The notes under the pieces are model-generated. The model saw nothing but the letters and a program-made list of their open reading frames with translations. It made no database searches and had not been told where the DNA came from. From the NCBI GenBank assembly GCA_964455675.1, contig CAYVYK010000001.1, positions 140,463 through 204,462 on the forward strand: DNA of 64,000 nucleotides. Reading direction: 5' to 3'. A program made the position numbers and the translations under genes. The DNA is from an uncultured Methanosarcinales archaeon (GTDB lineage: Archaea; Nanobdellota; Nanobdellia; Woesearchaeales; CAYVYK01). Of the stretch, positions 9,248 through 19,351 are shown in pieces (position 1 is the first letter of the stretch; every line of letters begins with the position of its first letter).

Positions 9248-10228
9248 TGCACTGAAGATGCGACTAACCCCCGCGTAGATCATGAAATAGATGGAGTAGC
9301 AGAGGAAAAGGATTGGTAAAAAATATCTCAGGCCTTCTCGAGCCTTTCCTTTGTTGATGAGCCCGACAACGAGGCTTCCCATGAATGCAGATGCAGCAAG
9401 AGAGATCATCGAAAATGTTATAATAAATGATGGTGATATGCTGATGGCCGAGAATGTGACGGGAAGATTTGACCCGGAAAGTTCAGAGAAATCAAATTTG
9501 GAGATCATTGTGGTGAGCACACTGACGAGCACGGTGCTAAGCCCAAAGAGTAGTGGTGCTCCAAAGCCGATCGCTACAACAATAAAAATCACGTATGTCC
9601 CGACGCTAGATTTGATCTTTTCTTGGAGGAATTGCTGGTTGCGAAGGTTCTTCGCGGTCTGCTCAAGGAGTGTTGCGATCTGCCCTCCGGAATGAAGTCC
9701 GGAGATGATGAGCATGAGTGTCTTGTTGAGCGTTTCTGACCTGATGCGCGCAGTGAGACTCATGAGTGCCACATCGAGTTCTCGTCCTGTGGCAAGTTCT
9801 TTTCCGACCTGCACCATTTCCTGCTGGAATGATCCAAATTCTGGTCGGGCAGCCATGAGAAGCGCGCGGTCGATTGTCATTCCGGCGCGAAGGTTTGATG
9901 CCATAAGCTGGAGCACGTCCGGAAGGATGAGCTCGACGAAGTGCGCCTTGCTGTCAACCATGAGGTTGAGCAGCATGTAGACGAAGAATTGGAATGCGAT
10001 GAAGAGGCCGATGAAGAGGATGAAGAAGAGTCTTTGGCTGTCAAATACGTACGAGACAAAGAATGCGACTGCAAGGCTTACGAGGAAGCCAAAGAATATC
10101 CAGAATCCAAGGTAAATATCTGGTCGTATTTTGATATCAGCGTAGATGAGGAGCTTGCGGTACCTCTCTTGTAGGTTTCTTGGGAACAGGCGCGAGATGA
10201 ATTGGTAGATTTTTTCGTGCTGCACCAT
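9233..10228 (-). CDS. Type II secretion F-family / TadC-like pilus platform protein
   Basis: LPDVLQLMASNLRAGMTIDRAL...SGGQIATLLEQTA; multi-TM; downstream of a secretion ATPase. Confidence 0.9.
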   Translation of the reverse strand: MVQHEKIYQFISRLFPRNLQERYRKLLIYADIKIRPDIYLGFWIFFGFLVSLAVAFFVSYVFDSQRLFFILFIGLFIAFQFFVYMLLNLMVDSKAHFVELILPDVLQLMASNLRAGMTIDRALLMAARPEFGSFQQEMVQVGKELATGRELDVALMSLTARIRSETLNKTLMLIISGLHSGGQIATLLEQTAKNLRNQQFLQEKIKSSVGTYVIFIVVAIGFGAPLLFGLSTVLVSVLTTMISKFDFSELSGSNLPVTFSAISISPSFIITFSMISLAASAFMGSLVVGLINKGKAREGLRYFLPILFLCYSIYFMIYAGVSRIFSALGLL

Positions 10229-11121
10229 TAGTCATTCCCCAAGAGGTTTGGTCGCCGTGATCTGATAACACCCATGAACATGATTTGTACAAAGATGACA
10301 AGCGCAAACAGCGCATAAAATAGTATCTTCGTGATCTCGCTGCCGAATGAGACTAGTGATGATATGAGGACGAGGAAGGTCATGCCAAGGCTTGGTACGA
10401 TGACTGCAAGCAGCATATAGAACATGGCAAGCGGATTGAGCGCTGCACCGTAGCGCTGGATTTGGAGCGTTTGCTGGTCTTCGATTTGCGCAAGGATCTC
10501 CTTCAGGACCGCTGAGAGATCAGCTCCAGTCTTCATACCATTAACAATCTGCCAAAGGGCTCCGCGAAAGAGGCGTGATGGATTCTTTCGTGCGATCTCT
10601 TCTAGGGCCGCAACCTCAGCGCTTCCAGCATTGATCTCTCGTACGGCCTTGGCGATTTCCGCCGAGAGCGCCCCATAATCTCCTTTTGATACATTCACCA
10701 GTGAATTGAAGACCGGCACTCCGGAGTTAAGCTGCACGAGGAGGTTCTGCATCGCTGGCAAGAGGTTACGGTCGATCCCTGCGATCCTTTTGGTAATGAT
10801 AGATCTTGGGTAATTCACTTGGAGGAAGAATATGAATATTGCTGGCACAAGTGAGAGTAGCAAGGAAACGATAAAGTAGTGGTTTACTTCAACTTTAGAG
10901 AAGACCATAAGCTCTATGATAAAGAAGAAGATGAATAGAAAAAGGTCATGCAGAAAGCAGATGGAAAGATATTCTCGGTGGTCGATGCGAAGTTCCGCCT
11001 GGTCCATTTGGATGGCAAGATGCGGAAAAATTCTTGAGAGGAAGTCCCCGACACCGATGAGTCCCTTTGATAGTTTCTGAAGGATTTGCAGAGGCAGAAA
11101 GATGAATGGTATCTTGATCAT
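10228..11121 (-). CDS. Type II secretion F-family / TadB-like pilus platform protein
   Basis: IDRNLLPAMQNLLVQLNSGVPVF...TGADLSAVL; multi-TM; translationally coupled to its neighbours. Confidence 0.9.
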   Translation of the reverse strand: MIKIPFIFLPLQILQKLSKGLIGVGDFLSRIFPHLAIQMDQAELRIDHREYLSICFLHDLFLFIFFFIIELMVFSKVEVNHYFIVSLLLSLVPAIFIFFLQVNYPRSIITKRIAGIDRNLLPAMQNLLVQLNSGVPVFNSLVNVSKGDYGALSAEIAKAVREINAGSAEVAALEEIARKNPSRLFRGALWQIVNGMKTGADLSAVLKEILAQIEDQQTLQIQRYGAALNPLAMFYMLLAVIVPSLGMTFLVLISSLVSFGSEITKILFYALFALVIFVQIMFMGVIRSRRPNLLGND

Positions 11122-12644
11122 GTGCTGTCCCCCGACTCAAGGATGGTTCGAGGGTCCTGATTGCTGTTGACAACTTTGAGTAGATTCTCTTGGTTGAGGT
11201 AGTACTCGCTAATAATTTTACCCACCTGCTCAACTTGCCGAATGTTGTGTTTCTGTAAGTACAGGAGGATCGCTTCTTTTTGTTTAAGATCTGCGTGGAT
11301 TTCTGATTCGTTAAGGCCGGTGTGGCGTGAAAGATCTTCATAGAAGCTTTCCGGTTTTCCATGCATGACGATCTTGTCTTCCCCAGGCTTCCACCGGTAG
11401 AGTATGGCGCCGGTAACGAGTGTTTTCTCGCCCTCTTCGGTAACTTTGAATTCTCCGATCTGGAACGTGCGTCTGATGCCGTGCCTCCTGTCCCTGAACA
11501 TGACAATGTTGAGGTTGACTGCCCCAAGGAGATTTGCTGGGATGGAAAGCGGGGGATTGATGAGTCGGGAGATTGTTTCGTTTACGGAATCAGCGTGGAG
11601 CGTTGCATATACCGAGTGACCGGTATGCATTGCCTCAAAGAGTACTTCCGCCTCCGCTTTTCGTCGCATTTCGCCTAGGATAATGCGGTCAGGTCTCATA
11701 CGTAGGGAATTCACGAGCAGGTCAAGCATGCTGACTTCTCCTTTTCCTTCTGAGTTTGGCTGTCTCGTCGTGAGCGGGCACCAGTAGAGGTGCTTGGGGA
11801 GCTGCAACTCGCGCGTGTCTTCTATCGTGAGGATGCGCTGGTCGGGTGGTATGAATGGTAGGATAACATTGAGAAAGCTTGTCTTTCCTGATCCCGTTCC
11901 TCCGCTGATGATGATATTCATCTCATACTGCATCGCTAGCCATATAAGACTGAACACTTCTGGTGTTGAGGTGTTGCTGTTGATAAGGTCTGTTACAGTC
12001 CAAGGATCTCGCGCAAACTTACGAATGGTGATTGTGGCTCCCTTGTTGGAGATGGGAAAGAGCACGGCATTCGCGCGGTCTCCAGTTGGTAAATGTGCGT
12101 CAAGGAGCGGCACAAGAGTGGATATCTGTCTTCCGACGCGTCTTGCGATGATGTTGCAGTAGTTTTGGATCTGCGCCTCGGTTTCGATATGAACGTTCGT
12201 AATAAGCCATCCAAATTTTTTGTGGTACACTCTGATAGGCTCGCGCGCGGAGAGAATGATCACTTCTTCAAGCTGCGGATCGTTGAGAAGGTACTCGAGA
12301 TTGCCAAAACCGACCATATCATGCAGGAGTGATACGACAAGGAATGTGCATGTACCCTCGGGAGCGCCAGGTAAGTTCTTTCGGATGTATTCCATCGCAC
12401 GCTCACGAAATTTAGATTTGATCTTGTCGATCGCTTCGGGATCAAGTATTTCTGATGATGATATTGCTACTTCCGCGACAAGATTACGCCGAACATCATC
12501 AAGCATGGCTTGTGTTGGTTTTGATATGAGAGGAAACTGGAGATCATATGTCTTGAGCGTGCTCCGGTGCTGCCGGACAATGACTTTGAGGGCTACGCCG
12601 TCGGCCACTACGTCATATTGGTCTATTATGGTTCCGGCCATCAT
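11118..12644 (-). CDS. CpaF/TadA/VirB11-family pilus assembly ATPase
   Basis: Walker A GGTGSGKT, TIEDTREL, SLRMRPDRIILGEMR, AMHTGH...TLHA. Start could be 12650, 12644 or 12641. Confidence 0.95.
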   Translation of the reverse strand: MMAGTIIDQYDVVADGVALKVIVRQHRSTLKTYDLQFPLISKPTQAMLDDVRRNLVAEVAISSSEILDPEAIDKIKSKFRERAMEYIRKNLPGAPEGTCTFLVVSLLHDMVGFGNLEYLLNDPQLEEVIILSAREPIRVYHKKFGWLITNVHIETEAQIQNYCNIIARRVGRQISTLVPLLDAHLPTGDRANAVLFPISNKGATITIRKFARDPWTVTDLINSNTSTPEVFSLIWLAMQYEMNIIISGGTGSGKTSFLNVILPFIPPDQRILTIEDTRELQLPKHLYWCPLTTRQPNSEGKGEVSMLDLLVNSLRMRPDRIILGEMRRKAEAEVLFEAMHTGHSVYATLHADSVNETISRLINPPLSIPANLLGAVNLNIVMFRDRRHGIRRTFQIGEFKVTEEGEKTLVTGAILYRWKPGEDKIVMHGKPESFYEDLSRHTGLNESEIHADLKQKEAILLYLQKHNIRQVEQVGKIISEYYLNQENLLKVVNSNQDPRTILESGDST

Positions 12645-12646
12645 AA

Positions 12647-13894
12647 TCACTTCTTCACGATTTTAAGGACGGGACCGCCGAATGCGGGGTACACGACCTT
12701 TGCGAGGTTCTGCGTTTCGAGTATTGACGCCCACTGAAGGGCTAGGGATTCTGGGATAGAATAAGTTGAAGCGATGGTTGATATTTTGAGTTTCTCCTTC
12801 TGTTGAAGCAGAGTGTAGAGTTTGTCAAAATTGGTCTCAGGGCCTTGCACGTTTCCTGCCGCTGTTGGCATAGATCCGGGTGCGTAATCAATTACTGCAG
12901 GCGCTGTGACACTCGCTGGTTGTTGCGGTGTTGCTGCAACATTCTGCGGTTGCTGTATTGGTGCTTCCTGCAAAACAACCGCGGGATCAGGAACGTGTTG
13001 AGCTTGTGGCTCCTGAGGAACAGAATGGTGATGGAAGATGTGGGGGAACTTGAGGAATCCATGATGTGGTGGCTCGGGAGTTGTGGATTTAGTGAAATTC
13101 TGTGATGGCGCCGGTGGCGCTTCAGGGGCTGTTTTTTTTGGGACGGGAATTTCAATTTCCTCCTTAGGCTCAGGAACTGTAGTTTTTTGGATGTAGGAGT
13201 TCGTGGAATCAATGGTTTTCGTTAGGTGTCGATATTCAGAGTTGTGTGATGGAGAAGGTGTTGAATCAATGTCTTTCTGAATGGTAGTCCAGAGCGTGCT
13301 GAACTTACGTTGGAGCGTTGAATAATTGTTGAAATTGCCTTCGCTTTCCAGAAATTGGTCAACCTCATGCTCATACTGGTCAAGTGGATCTATTGGTTTT
13401 ACAGCACGTACAGGTTGGACTGGCTTATGTGACGGAGTGATCGGCTTTGTTTGAGTAACATGAGCAGCCACGGATGATTGCGGTGATGGAGTAGGCACGT
13501 CAAGTGGTGGTCGCGGTGCGGGTAGTGGAGCTTTCTTTCCCGGGGTCATGAGGATGATGATACCGACAATCATGAGAAGTGCGCCAATTCCACCAAGAGT
13601 ATAAAGTCCAAGGACTTCAACATACTGGAGATAGTAGATAAGGACGCCAACAAGGGCGGCGAGTATTCCGATAATGAAGAGGAAACTTCCAAACGGTTTT
13701 CCGTTATGCTGCGGCGGGAGTCCGTGTGATGCGGTAGTTATACTGGCAGGTTCCACAGGCGCGCGCTCCAATTGCATATCGGGAACATCAGGCGTGACTT
13801 CCATGTGTTGTGCAATATGCGGGTAACTACTCTTCGATGTAGTAGTATGAGAGGATTTGCCCTTCTGTCGCCTTCGCGCCCGCTTCTTCTTCAT
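12647..13894 (-). CDS. Membrane protein with Pro-rich linker and C-terminal winged-helix-like domain, first gene of the pilus ATPase operon
   Basis: Two TM segments, long P/Q/T-rich region, C-terminal TNFDKLYTLLQQKEKLKISTIA...WASILE. Start MKKKR at 13894. Confidence 0.8.
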   Translation of the reverse strand: MKKKRARRRQKGKSSHTTTSKSSYPHIAQHMEVTPDVPDMQLERAPVEPASITTASHGLPPQHNGKPFGSFLFIIGILAALVGVLIYYLQYVEVLGLYTLGGIGALLMIVGIIILMTPGKKAPLPAPRPPLDVPTPSPQSSVAAHVTQTKPITPSHKPVQPVRAVKPIDPLDQYEHEVDQFLESEGNFNNYSTLQRKFSTLWTTIQKDIDSTPSPSHNSEYRHLTKTIDSTNSYIQKTTVPEPKEEIEIPVPKKTAPEAPPAPSQNFTKSTTPEPPHHGFLKFPHIFHHHSVPQEPQAQHVPDPAVVLQEAPIQQPQNVAATPQQPASVTAPAVIDYAPGSMPTAAGNVQGPETNFDKLYTLLQQKEKLKISTIASTYSIPESLALQWASILETQNLAKVVYPAFGGPVLKIVKK

Positions 13895-14080
13895 CGTGCT
13901 TCCTAACCACAATCCAATGACAAAAGAGCTCATATAAACTTATGTTACACCCCGAAAGTAAAGAAGTGAAAGTATGTAATGTGAGCAGTAGTATTTGTTC
14001 AAATCGCACATATACTCTTGTGTAAAGTTGCCCATTGTTCAATCAATAGGTATTTAAACATCAGGATGCAGTGTTGCGGT

Positions 14081-14596
14081 ATGAGGTGGCGCGCCCAAGT
14101 CAGTCTTGAGTACATGATATTGTTTGGTTTCTTGATGTTTGTCATAACAGTTCTCATTCTTGTTTCGAACACGATCAGCGTTGATTCAAGATGTTCAATC
14201 GTAGCCCAGCAGGTTGCAAGAACGGCGAAGAGTATAGTTCAGACCACTGAGGAGATCTATTATTTTGGTCCTCCATCAAAAACGGAGTTTTCAGTGCTCG
14301 TTCCCGAAGAGGTTAGTGGTGATTTTCTGATTACAAACACAAGCGACAACTATTACATGGTCATCCCTTTTAACTGTAAGTACCAGCAGAATTATAGTGA
14401 GAGCTTCAATGTCCCTGTGGGTGGAGAGATCTCTGGTGAAGGTGGCAATCGTAGGATCCAGATTGAGGCAAAGCGTATCAAGCAGGGTCCTCCTTTAGTG
14501 GACACTGATCTTTCTCAATGTATCATGAGTGATGTGTTGAGCGATGATCCAAGTAGGATAGGCGAGGTGTTTTCATGTATCGATGGTACTGTCTAA
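14081..14596 (+). CDS. Class III signal-peptide (pilin-like) protein
   Basis: MRWRA|QVSLEYMILFGFLMFVI; TATA 22 nt upstream of ATG 14081. Confidence 0.85.
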   Translation: MRWRAQVSLEYMILFGFLMFVITVLILVSNTISVDSRCSIVAQQVARTAKSIVQTTEEIYYFGPPSKTEFSVLVPEEVSGDFLITNTSDNYYMVIPFNCKYQQNYSESFNVPVGGEISGEGGNRRIQIEAKRIKQGPPLVDTDLSQCIMSDVLSDDPSRIGEVFSCIDGTV

Positions 14597-15279
14597 GAAG
14601 ATTTGGACAAACATCAATGGATTTTATGATTTTACTTGGCATTGCTATGTTCATTTTCGTGTTTGCCATTGCATTGATCGTTGATGTGCAGTTAGACTTG
14701 AGGAAGGAACAGAAAGAGGATCTCTCGAAAGACTTCTTAATTTCCCTTCAAAAAGAACTTGAAATCGCAAAGGAAAGTGCTCCAGGGTATGCTCGTTCGT
14801 TCAACGTGCCGCAAGATATTGACGGAGTGTCGTATGATATCCGCTCCACGTCGTGTGAAGATTTGTATGATGATCCGTACGAAGCGGGACAGGCGGGAAG
14901 ACCTCCTGGTAATGTGGAATATATGAGGGTTGGTGAGGATCTTGAGCTTCGCACGCCATCCTGGGATGATGGTAACCTGATTATTATTCGGCAGGTTGCT
15001 CCTCATAAGGGTACCTTCATCAAAGGTCAATTGAACACCATACAGAATGTTGATGGCAAAGTATATGTGAATGGCATTCTTCATAATGGTGTGTACGAGT
15101 TCGCAGAGTCATGCTGGTGTGAGCATTGGAACGAGGTGGTGTGTGATGAGGTAATACCCGCTACACCCACAACAACAACGTCAACCTCAGCAACTTCGAT
15201 GACAACGTCTACACTGACTTCAACAGATTCAGAAACTGAAGGCGCTGACGAAGAGGTTGATCTTGGTGAGATGACCTAA
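14575..15279 (+). CDS. Class III signal-peptide (pilin-like) protein with Thr/Ser-rich acidic tail
   Basis: RRFG|QTSMDFMILLGIAMFIF; tail PATPTTTTSTSATSMTTSTLTST. Confidence 0.82.
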   Translation: MYRWYCLRRFGQTSMDFMILLGIAMFIFVFAIALIVDVQLDLRKEQKEDLSKDFLISLQKELEIAKESAPGYARSFNVPQDIDGVSYDIRSTSCEDLYDDPYEAGQAGRPPGNVEYMRVGEDLELRTPSWDDGNLIIIRQVAPHKGTFIKGQLNTIQNVDGKVYVNGILHNGVYEFAESCWCEHWNEVVCDEVIPATPTTTTSTSATSMTTSTLTSTDSETEGADEEVDLGEMT

Positions 15280-15288
15280 GGGAGATGC

Positions 15289-15975
15289 ATGGCAAGGCAT
15301 GCGAATATCTGGGTGATAGAGTTTATCATCGCAGTAGTATTCTTCATGATAATGGTCGGAGTGTTTATCAGTTTTGGGGAGGGAGTAATGAATAAGGCAA
15401 ATCCTGCTACGAATGTTTTAGTAAAGGATGCAAAAGCCATAACTGATAGCTTGCTTTCACCAGGAACACCAGATGACTGGGCGTGGAGATTGAATGACTC
15501 GACCGCAGAGATGTGGGTTATCACTGATAACGCATCGATGAGAAGTACGATTTCTTCTATTGGGATTGTTGATTCCGATGGCACAAATATTAGTGTGGCA
15601 AAGCTGTTCAGATTTGGTGCATGGACAAACAAGTCATCTGGGTTGTACATGGAAACGAAGGGGAAGTTCGGAATTGGGGCTGATTTCATTATCTACTTTG
15701 AGGATAAGAATGGCAACCTTATTGATTTTTGGCTAAGCAATCTTCGTTCGGGAAAATTTTTTGGCGACCTTCGTTTGGGTTCTGATCCAGAAAGCCCGAT
15801 ATATTATAATGAGGAGAGTACAGTGCATCCCTTGAGGACGGTTGAGGAACTGGATCATATACTGACAGAGGAAAACGAAGTTGAGAACTTGGTAAAAGTG
15901 TATCGATACTTATTCTATCGTGAAAGCCAGAACAAGAAGGGCAAGATCGTGAGGATGGCAGTATATGTCTGGTAG
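15289..15975 (+). CDS. Pilin-like protein (variant class III signal)
   Basis: MARHA|NIWVIEFIIAVVFF, LLSPGTPDDW, C-terminal VYVW beta strand. Confidence 0.75.
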   Translation: MARHANIWVIEFIIAVVFFMIMVGVFISFGEGVMNKANPATNVLVKDAKAITDSLLSPGTPDDWAWRLNDSTAEMWVITDNASMRSTISSIGIVDSDGTNISVAKLFRFGAWTNKSSGLYMETKGKFGIGADFIIYFEDKNGNLIDFWLSNLRSGKFFGDLRLGSDPESPIYYNEESTVHPLRTVEELDHILTEENEVENLVKVYRYLFYRESQNKKGKIVRMAVYVW

Positions 15976-17401
15976 GCATCACAGATTTGTTCGGCAGTCA
16001 CTGATCGTTGTTGCGATTGTAGTTGGGTTGGTAGCAATCGGATCGTTACTGAGAGTTGCATCGATTTATCAAAGACCAATCCATCATGATGAGATTAGTG
16101 CGCAGATGATCGCAACAGGCATCTGGCGTCTCGGTATGCTGAATTATGAGCCGGAGTTTCATGGCCCGGTGATTTTCTATTGCATTGCTGCTGCCCAGAA
16201 GATCTTTGGTGAATCAGAAGTTCGCGTGCGCATCATGCATGTAATGTTTTCCGTTCTGACGATAATAATCATAGTCGCTTTTGTTCATGATGGGAGAAAG
16301 CCTTGGTTAGTGGCACTGCTCGCGCTCTCCCCAACTTTAGTATATTACAGTGGATACGCATATTTTGAATCATTGTGGGTGTTACTGTACTGCGTTTGGC
16401 TTTTGAGTGTGGAACGGATTTTTTTTGAGGATGAGTACCACTGGTCATGGCTGTACATTCTGGTTTTGACGACGATTCTGATGCATGGTGCTCATGAGTT
16501 TTCCTATGTTGTCTTCGCCCTAACTGCAGTGTTTATTGCGGGCAAGTATGTGTTTGATCGCGTGACTTATCGCAGAAAACACTCATCAGACCACGTTCCA
16601 AATCATATTGTGCCGCTCTTCATCATTGGGATTATAGTGTTTTGCGCAGTGTGGTCCTCAGGATTTCAGAACATACCAGGAATTTCTAAAGATGCGGTGC
16701 GGTCTGTTACGTACAATTTGCACAAGAGTACAACAGCATCAGGACATGATAAACCATTCCACTATTATTGGAAGCTCACCGGCGTTCTGGAATGGATGAT
16801 TGCGATCCTGGTCATTGCGGGAATACTACTGAATCGGAATGCGCGTGATTTTTTTATGGCGTTCCTTGGGCTTGGAAGTCTTGTCATCTTATCCATCACA
16901 AGGTATAAGACCCCATGGGGGATGGTGCTCTTCCTCCCGCCGTTAATATTTTTTGGAGCATCCGCAATGGGGAGAGTTGCGGCTTGGCCGAGAGGGAGAC
17001 ACATTGCGGCAATACTGGTCGTGCTCTTAGCGCTATGGGGGGCTGAGGCGTTCTACATTGGTATTCTCTATCCTGTTGAGAGTGAGAAGAATCCTCTTGC
17101 GTATGTGCAGTCAAGTAAGGATATCTGGAAGGTAAAAGCTCTTGTGGATCGTATTGTTCCGTCAAAAGTACTAATTAGCGGCGAGGAGCAACAGGTGCTA
17201 TCATGGTTATGCAGGGAGTACTCGCCAACGATCCTTAGGAATGCCTCGCTTGGACCAGAGACACTAGCGGAGTATGATGTGATCTTTTCTGATCTAAAGA
17301 AATTGCAGAACGGTGAGGAATCGGGATTTACGAGCCTGAAATTTTCAATTAGACCTGGACTGAAGCAGGCAATACACTATAGGGATATGATGCTACGATG
17401 A
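15965..17401 (+). CDS. GT-C fold (GT39/PMT-like, Agl23/TIGR03663-like) membrane glycosyltransferase
   Basis: RPIHHDE and YEPEFHGPVIFY in the first loop, LSPTLVYYS, YKTPW, many TM segments. Confidence 0.8.
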   Translation: MSGRHHRFVRQSLIVVAIVVGLVAIGSLLRVASIYQRPIHHDEISAQMIATGIWRLGMLNYEPEFHGPVIFYCIAAAQKIFGESEVRVRIMHVMFSVLTIIIIVAFVHDGRKPWLVALLALSPTLVYYSGYAYFESLWVLLYCVWLLSVERIFFEDEYHWSWLYILVLTTILMHGAHEFSYVVFALTAVFIAGKYVFDRVTYRRKHSSDHVPNHIVPLFIIGIIVFCAVWSSGFQNIPGISKDAVRSVTYNLHKSTTASGHDKPFHYYWKLTGVLEWMIAILVIAGILLNRNARDFFMAFLGLGSLVILSITRYKTPWGMVLFLPPLIFFGASAMGRVAAWPRGRHIAAILVVLLALWGAEAFYIGILYPVESEKNPLAYVQSSKDIWKVKALVDRIVPSKVLISGEEQQVLSWLCREYSPTILRNASLGPETLAEYDVIFSDLKKLQNGEESGFTSLKFSIRPGLKQAIHYRDMMLR

Positions 17402-19308
17402 TTCTTTGGCTGATCTTCCTTCTCCTGTGTGGTATTGTTGGACATCGCATCGCACGAAGGGTGGCTATGAAGAGAAACGCTGCAGAGCATGCTGCTCTTG
17501 CGATGGTCATGGGGCTCTCCTCGGTTTCCCTCGTGGTCTATGGTGCATCCTACTTCCTTCACAGGACAAGATCAGGACTGATCCTTGGTCTGATGATGAC
17601 TGCATTCATTGTTGGAGCAGAGATTCTTTTCTCAAAGATCAAGAAGAGAGATACAAGCATTGAGTGGCAGATTGTTGACCGTATAGACTGGGGGATATAT
17701 GCAGTGATTATCCTGTTCGTGTGCTTTTTTTTCGCATGGTGCGTTTTCGCTCCAAAGGATGATTCGCTCGTTATGACGTTCAGTGCGTGGGGTGACAATC
17801 TTGTGCATCTCTCGATTGCGAGTTCTTTTGCGTACGCTGATAATTATCCGCCCGAGTATCCGAATATTGCTGGCCATCCGATGAAGTATTATTTTATGAT
17901 GGACTATATCTCAGGGATTTTGTTAAACGCAGGTACTGGTATCCAGACATCATTTGTCATTCCTCTCGTGGCGTACGGGGTGTCATTACTTGTGCTAATG
18001 TATGGAGTAGCACGAAGGATTTCCTCAAAAAGAGTGGTGGCGATTGTGTGCATTATTCTTCTGGTATGCTTTTCGAGTTTGGGAGTTCTCCGTCTTATCT
18101 TTGATTGGAATAGTTCAGCTCCGGAAGGCTTACGATCGATCATGCATACTTCTTATAGTCTATATCCTGAGATGGGTTTGCATAGGATGGAACTTCTCGA
18201 ATTGATGGCATCGCAGCGTCCGATCGCGGCCGGATTTGCACTTGCGGCAGTCATAATGTTCTTGCTTCTTGGAACAGAAGTCTTAAGCGTAGGAAGACTT
18301 GCTGTAATAGGGTTAGCAGCTGGTTTACTGCCGTGGTTTCATGTTCATGTCTTTCTCTTCATGATAATGTGTCTTTTCTTCTTTTATCTTGGACAGGAAA
18401 CACGAAGAAGGATTGCCTATGAGAAGATTCCCTGGCTACTGGTTCCACTCATTCTGTTTGGGCTTCTAAAGGTGCTTCAGGTTGCAGAGGCAAGCTCATC
18501 AGGAGGATTTCTCAAGTTCCATGTTGGGTGGCTTGTGGAACCTCTCACAGTGAGTTCTTTTCTCAGTTTTTGGCTACTGAATTATGGAGTGATGATTGTG
18601 CTTATAGTATTTGCATGGAGAAGGATGCCTTGGTGGCTTCTTGCTGCGTGTATTTCATGCGTGGGAATTATCAATCTTGTACAGATGCAGCCATCCTTGT
18701 GGGATAATCACAAGCTCTTGGATACTGCAGTGCTATTTTGCACTCCGTTTGTTGCCTTGTTTCTCATGGATGTACGCGGGCTTGTAAAGAAGACAGTAGC
18801 TATCACACTCATCGTGATCCTGTCGGTAAGTGGAGCGCAGTCTATAGGATCAGCGCTCATGACGCGCGCAGTCATTATCACTCCGTATGACGCTGATGTT
18901 GGACGTTGGTTGGATGAGATATTACCAAAGGATGCCATCGTTATCGCTGCGCCTCAAAATTCCCCCGTAAACATGATCGCTGGTAGATCGATATATTTAG
19001 GGTATCCTGGGCAGGTTTGGAGCCATGGTGTTGATTACGGGGGGCGTCTCACCCAGATTCGCCAGTTGGCACAAGTAACATCCCGTGAAGATTTCTGTTC
19101 AGTGTGGAACAAAACCGGTGCGACACATATGATGGTGAGTACTGCAGAGCGTTCTGGAACAATAGACCTGGTTACTGGTATTCCAGCAGCAAGCCCCTCG
19201 TTAGCAAATCAATTTGCCGAGCAGTTCTACTTGAATCAAGGATGGGATACTGCCGCGTTCGGAGATGGGTACAACCGTGTAATTATATTCCGCCCAAGGT
19301 GCGCTTAA
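17398..19308 (+). CDS. Large polytopic membrane protein, probable GT-C fold glycosyltransferase
   Basis: More than 12 hydrophobic segments; loop WGDNLVHLSIASSF...PPEYPNIAGHPMKYYF; C-terminal soluble domain with IAGRSIYLGYPGQVWSHG. Confidence 0.7.
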   Translation: MILWLIFLLLCGIVGHRIARRVAMKRNAAEHAALAMVMGLSSVSLVVYGASYFLHRTRSGLILGLMMTAFIVGAEILFSKIKKRDTSIEWQIVDRIDWGIYAVIILFVCFFFAWCVFAPKDDSLVMTFSAWGDNLVHLSIASSFAYADNYPPEYPNIAGHPMKYYFMMDYISGILLNAGTGIQTSFVIPLVAYGVSLLVLMYGVARRISSKRVVAIVCIILLVCFSSLGVLRLIFDWNSSAPEGLRSIMHTSYSLYPEMGLHRMELLELMASQRPIAAGFALAAVIMFLLLGTEVLSVGRLAVIGLAAGLLPWFHVHVFLFMIMCLFFFYLGQETRRRIAYEKIPWLLVPLILFGLLKVLQVAEASSSGGFLKFHVGWLVEPLTVSSFLSFWLLNYGVMIVLIVFAWRRMPWWLLAACISCVGIINLVQMQPSLWDNHKLLDTAVLFCTPFVALFLMDVRGLVKKTVAITLIVILSVSGAQSIGSALMTRAVIITPYDADVGRWLDEILPKDAIVIAAPQNSPVNMIAGRSIYLGYPGQVWSHGVDYGGRLTQIRQLAQVTSREDFCSVWNKTGATHMMVSTAERSGTIDLVTGIPAASPSLANQFAEQFYLNQGWDTAAFGDGYNRVIIFRPRCA

Positions 19309-19351
19309 TGTCGGAATACTTTTTTATAGGGATGTGCTTTGAGATGTTAAA

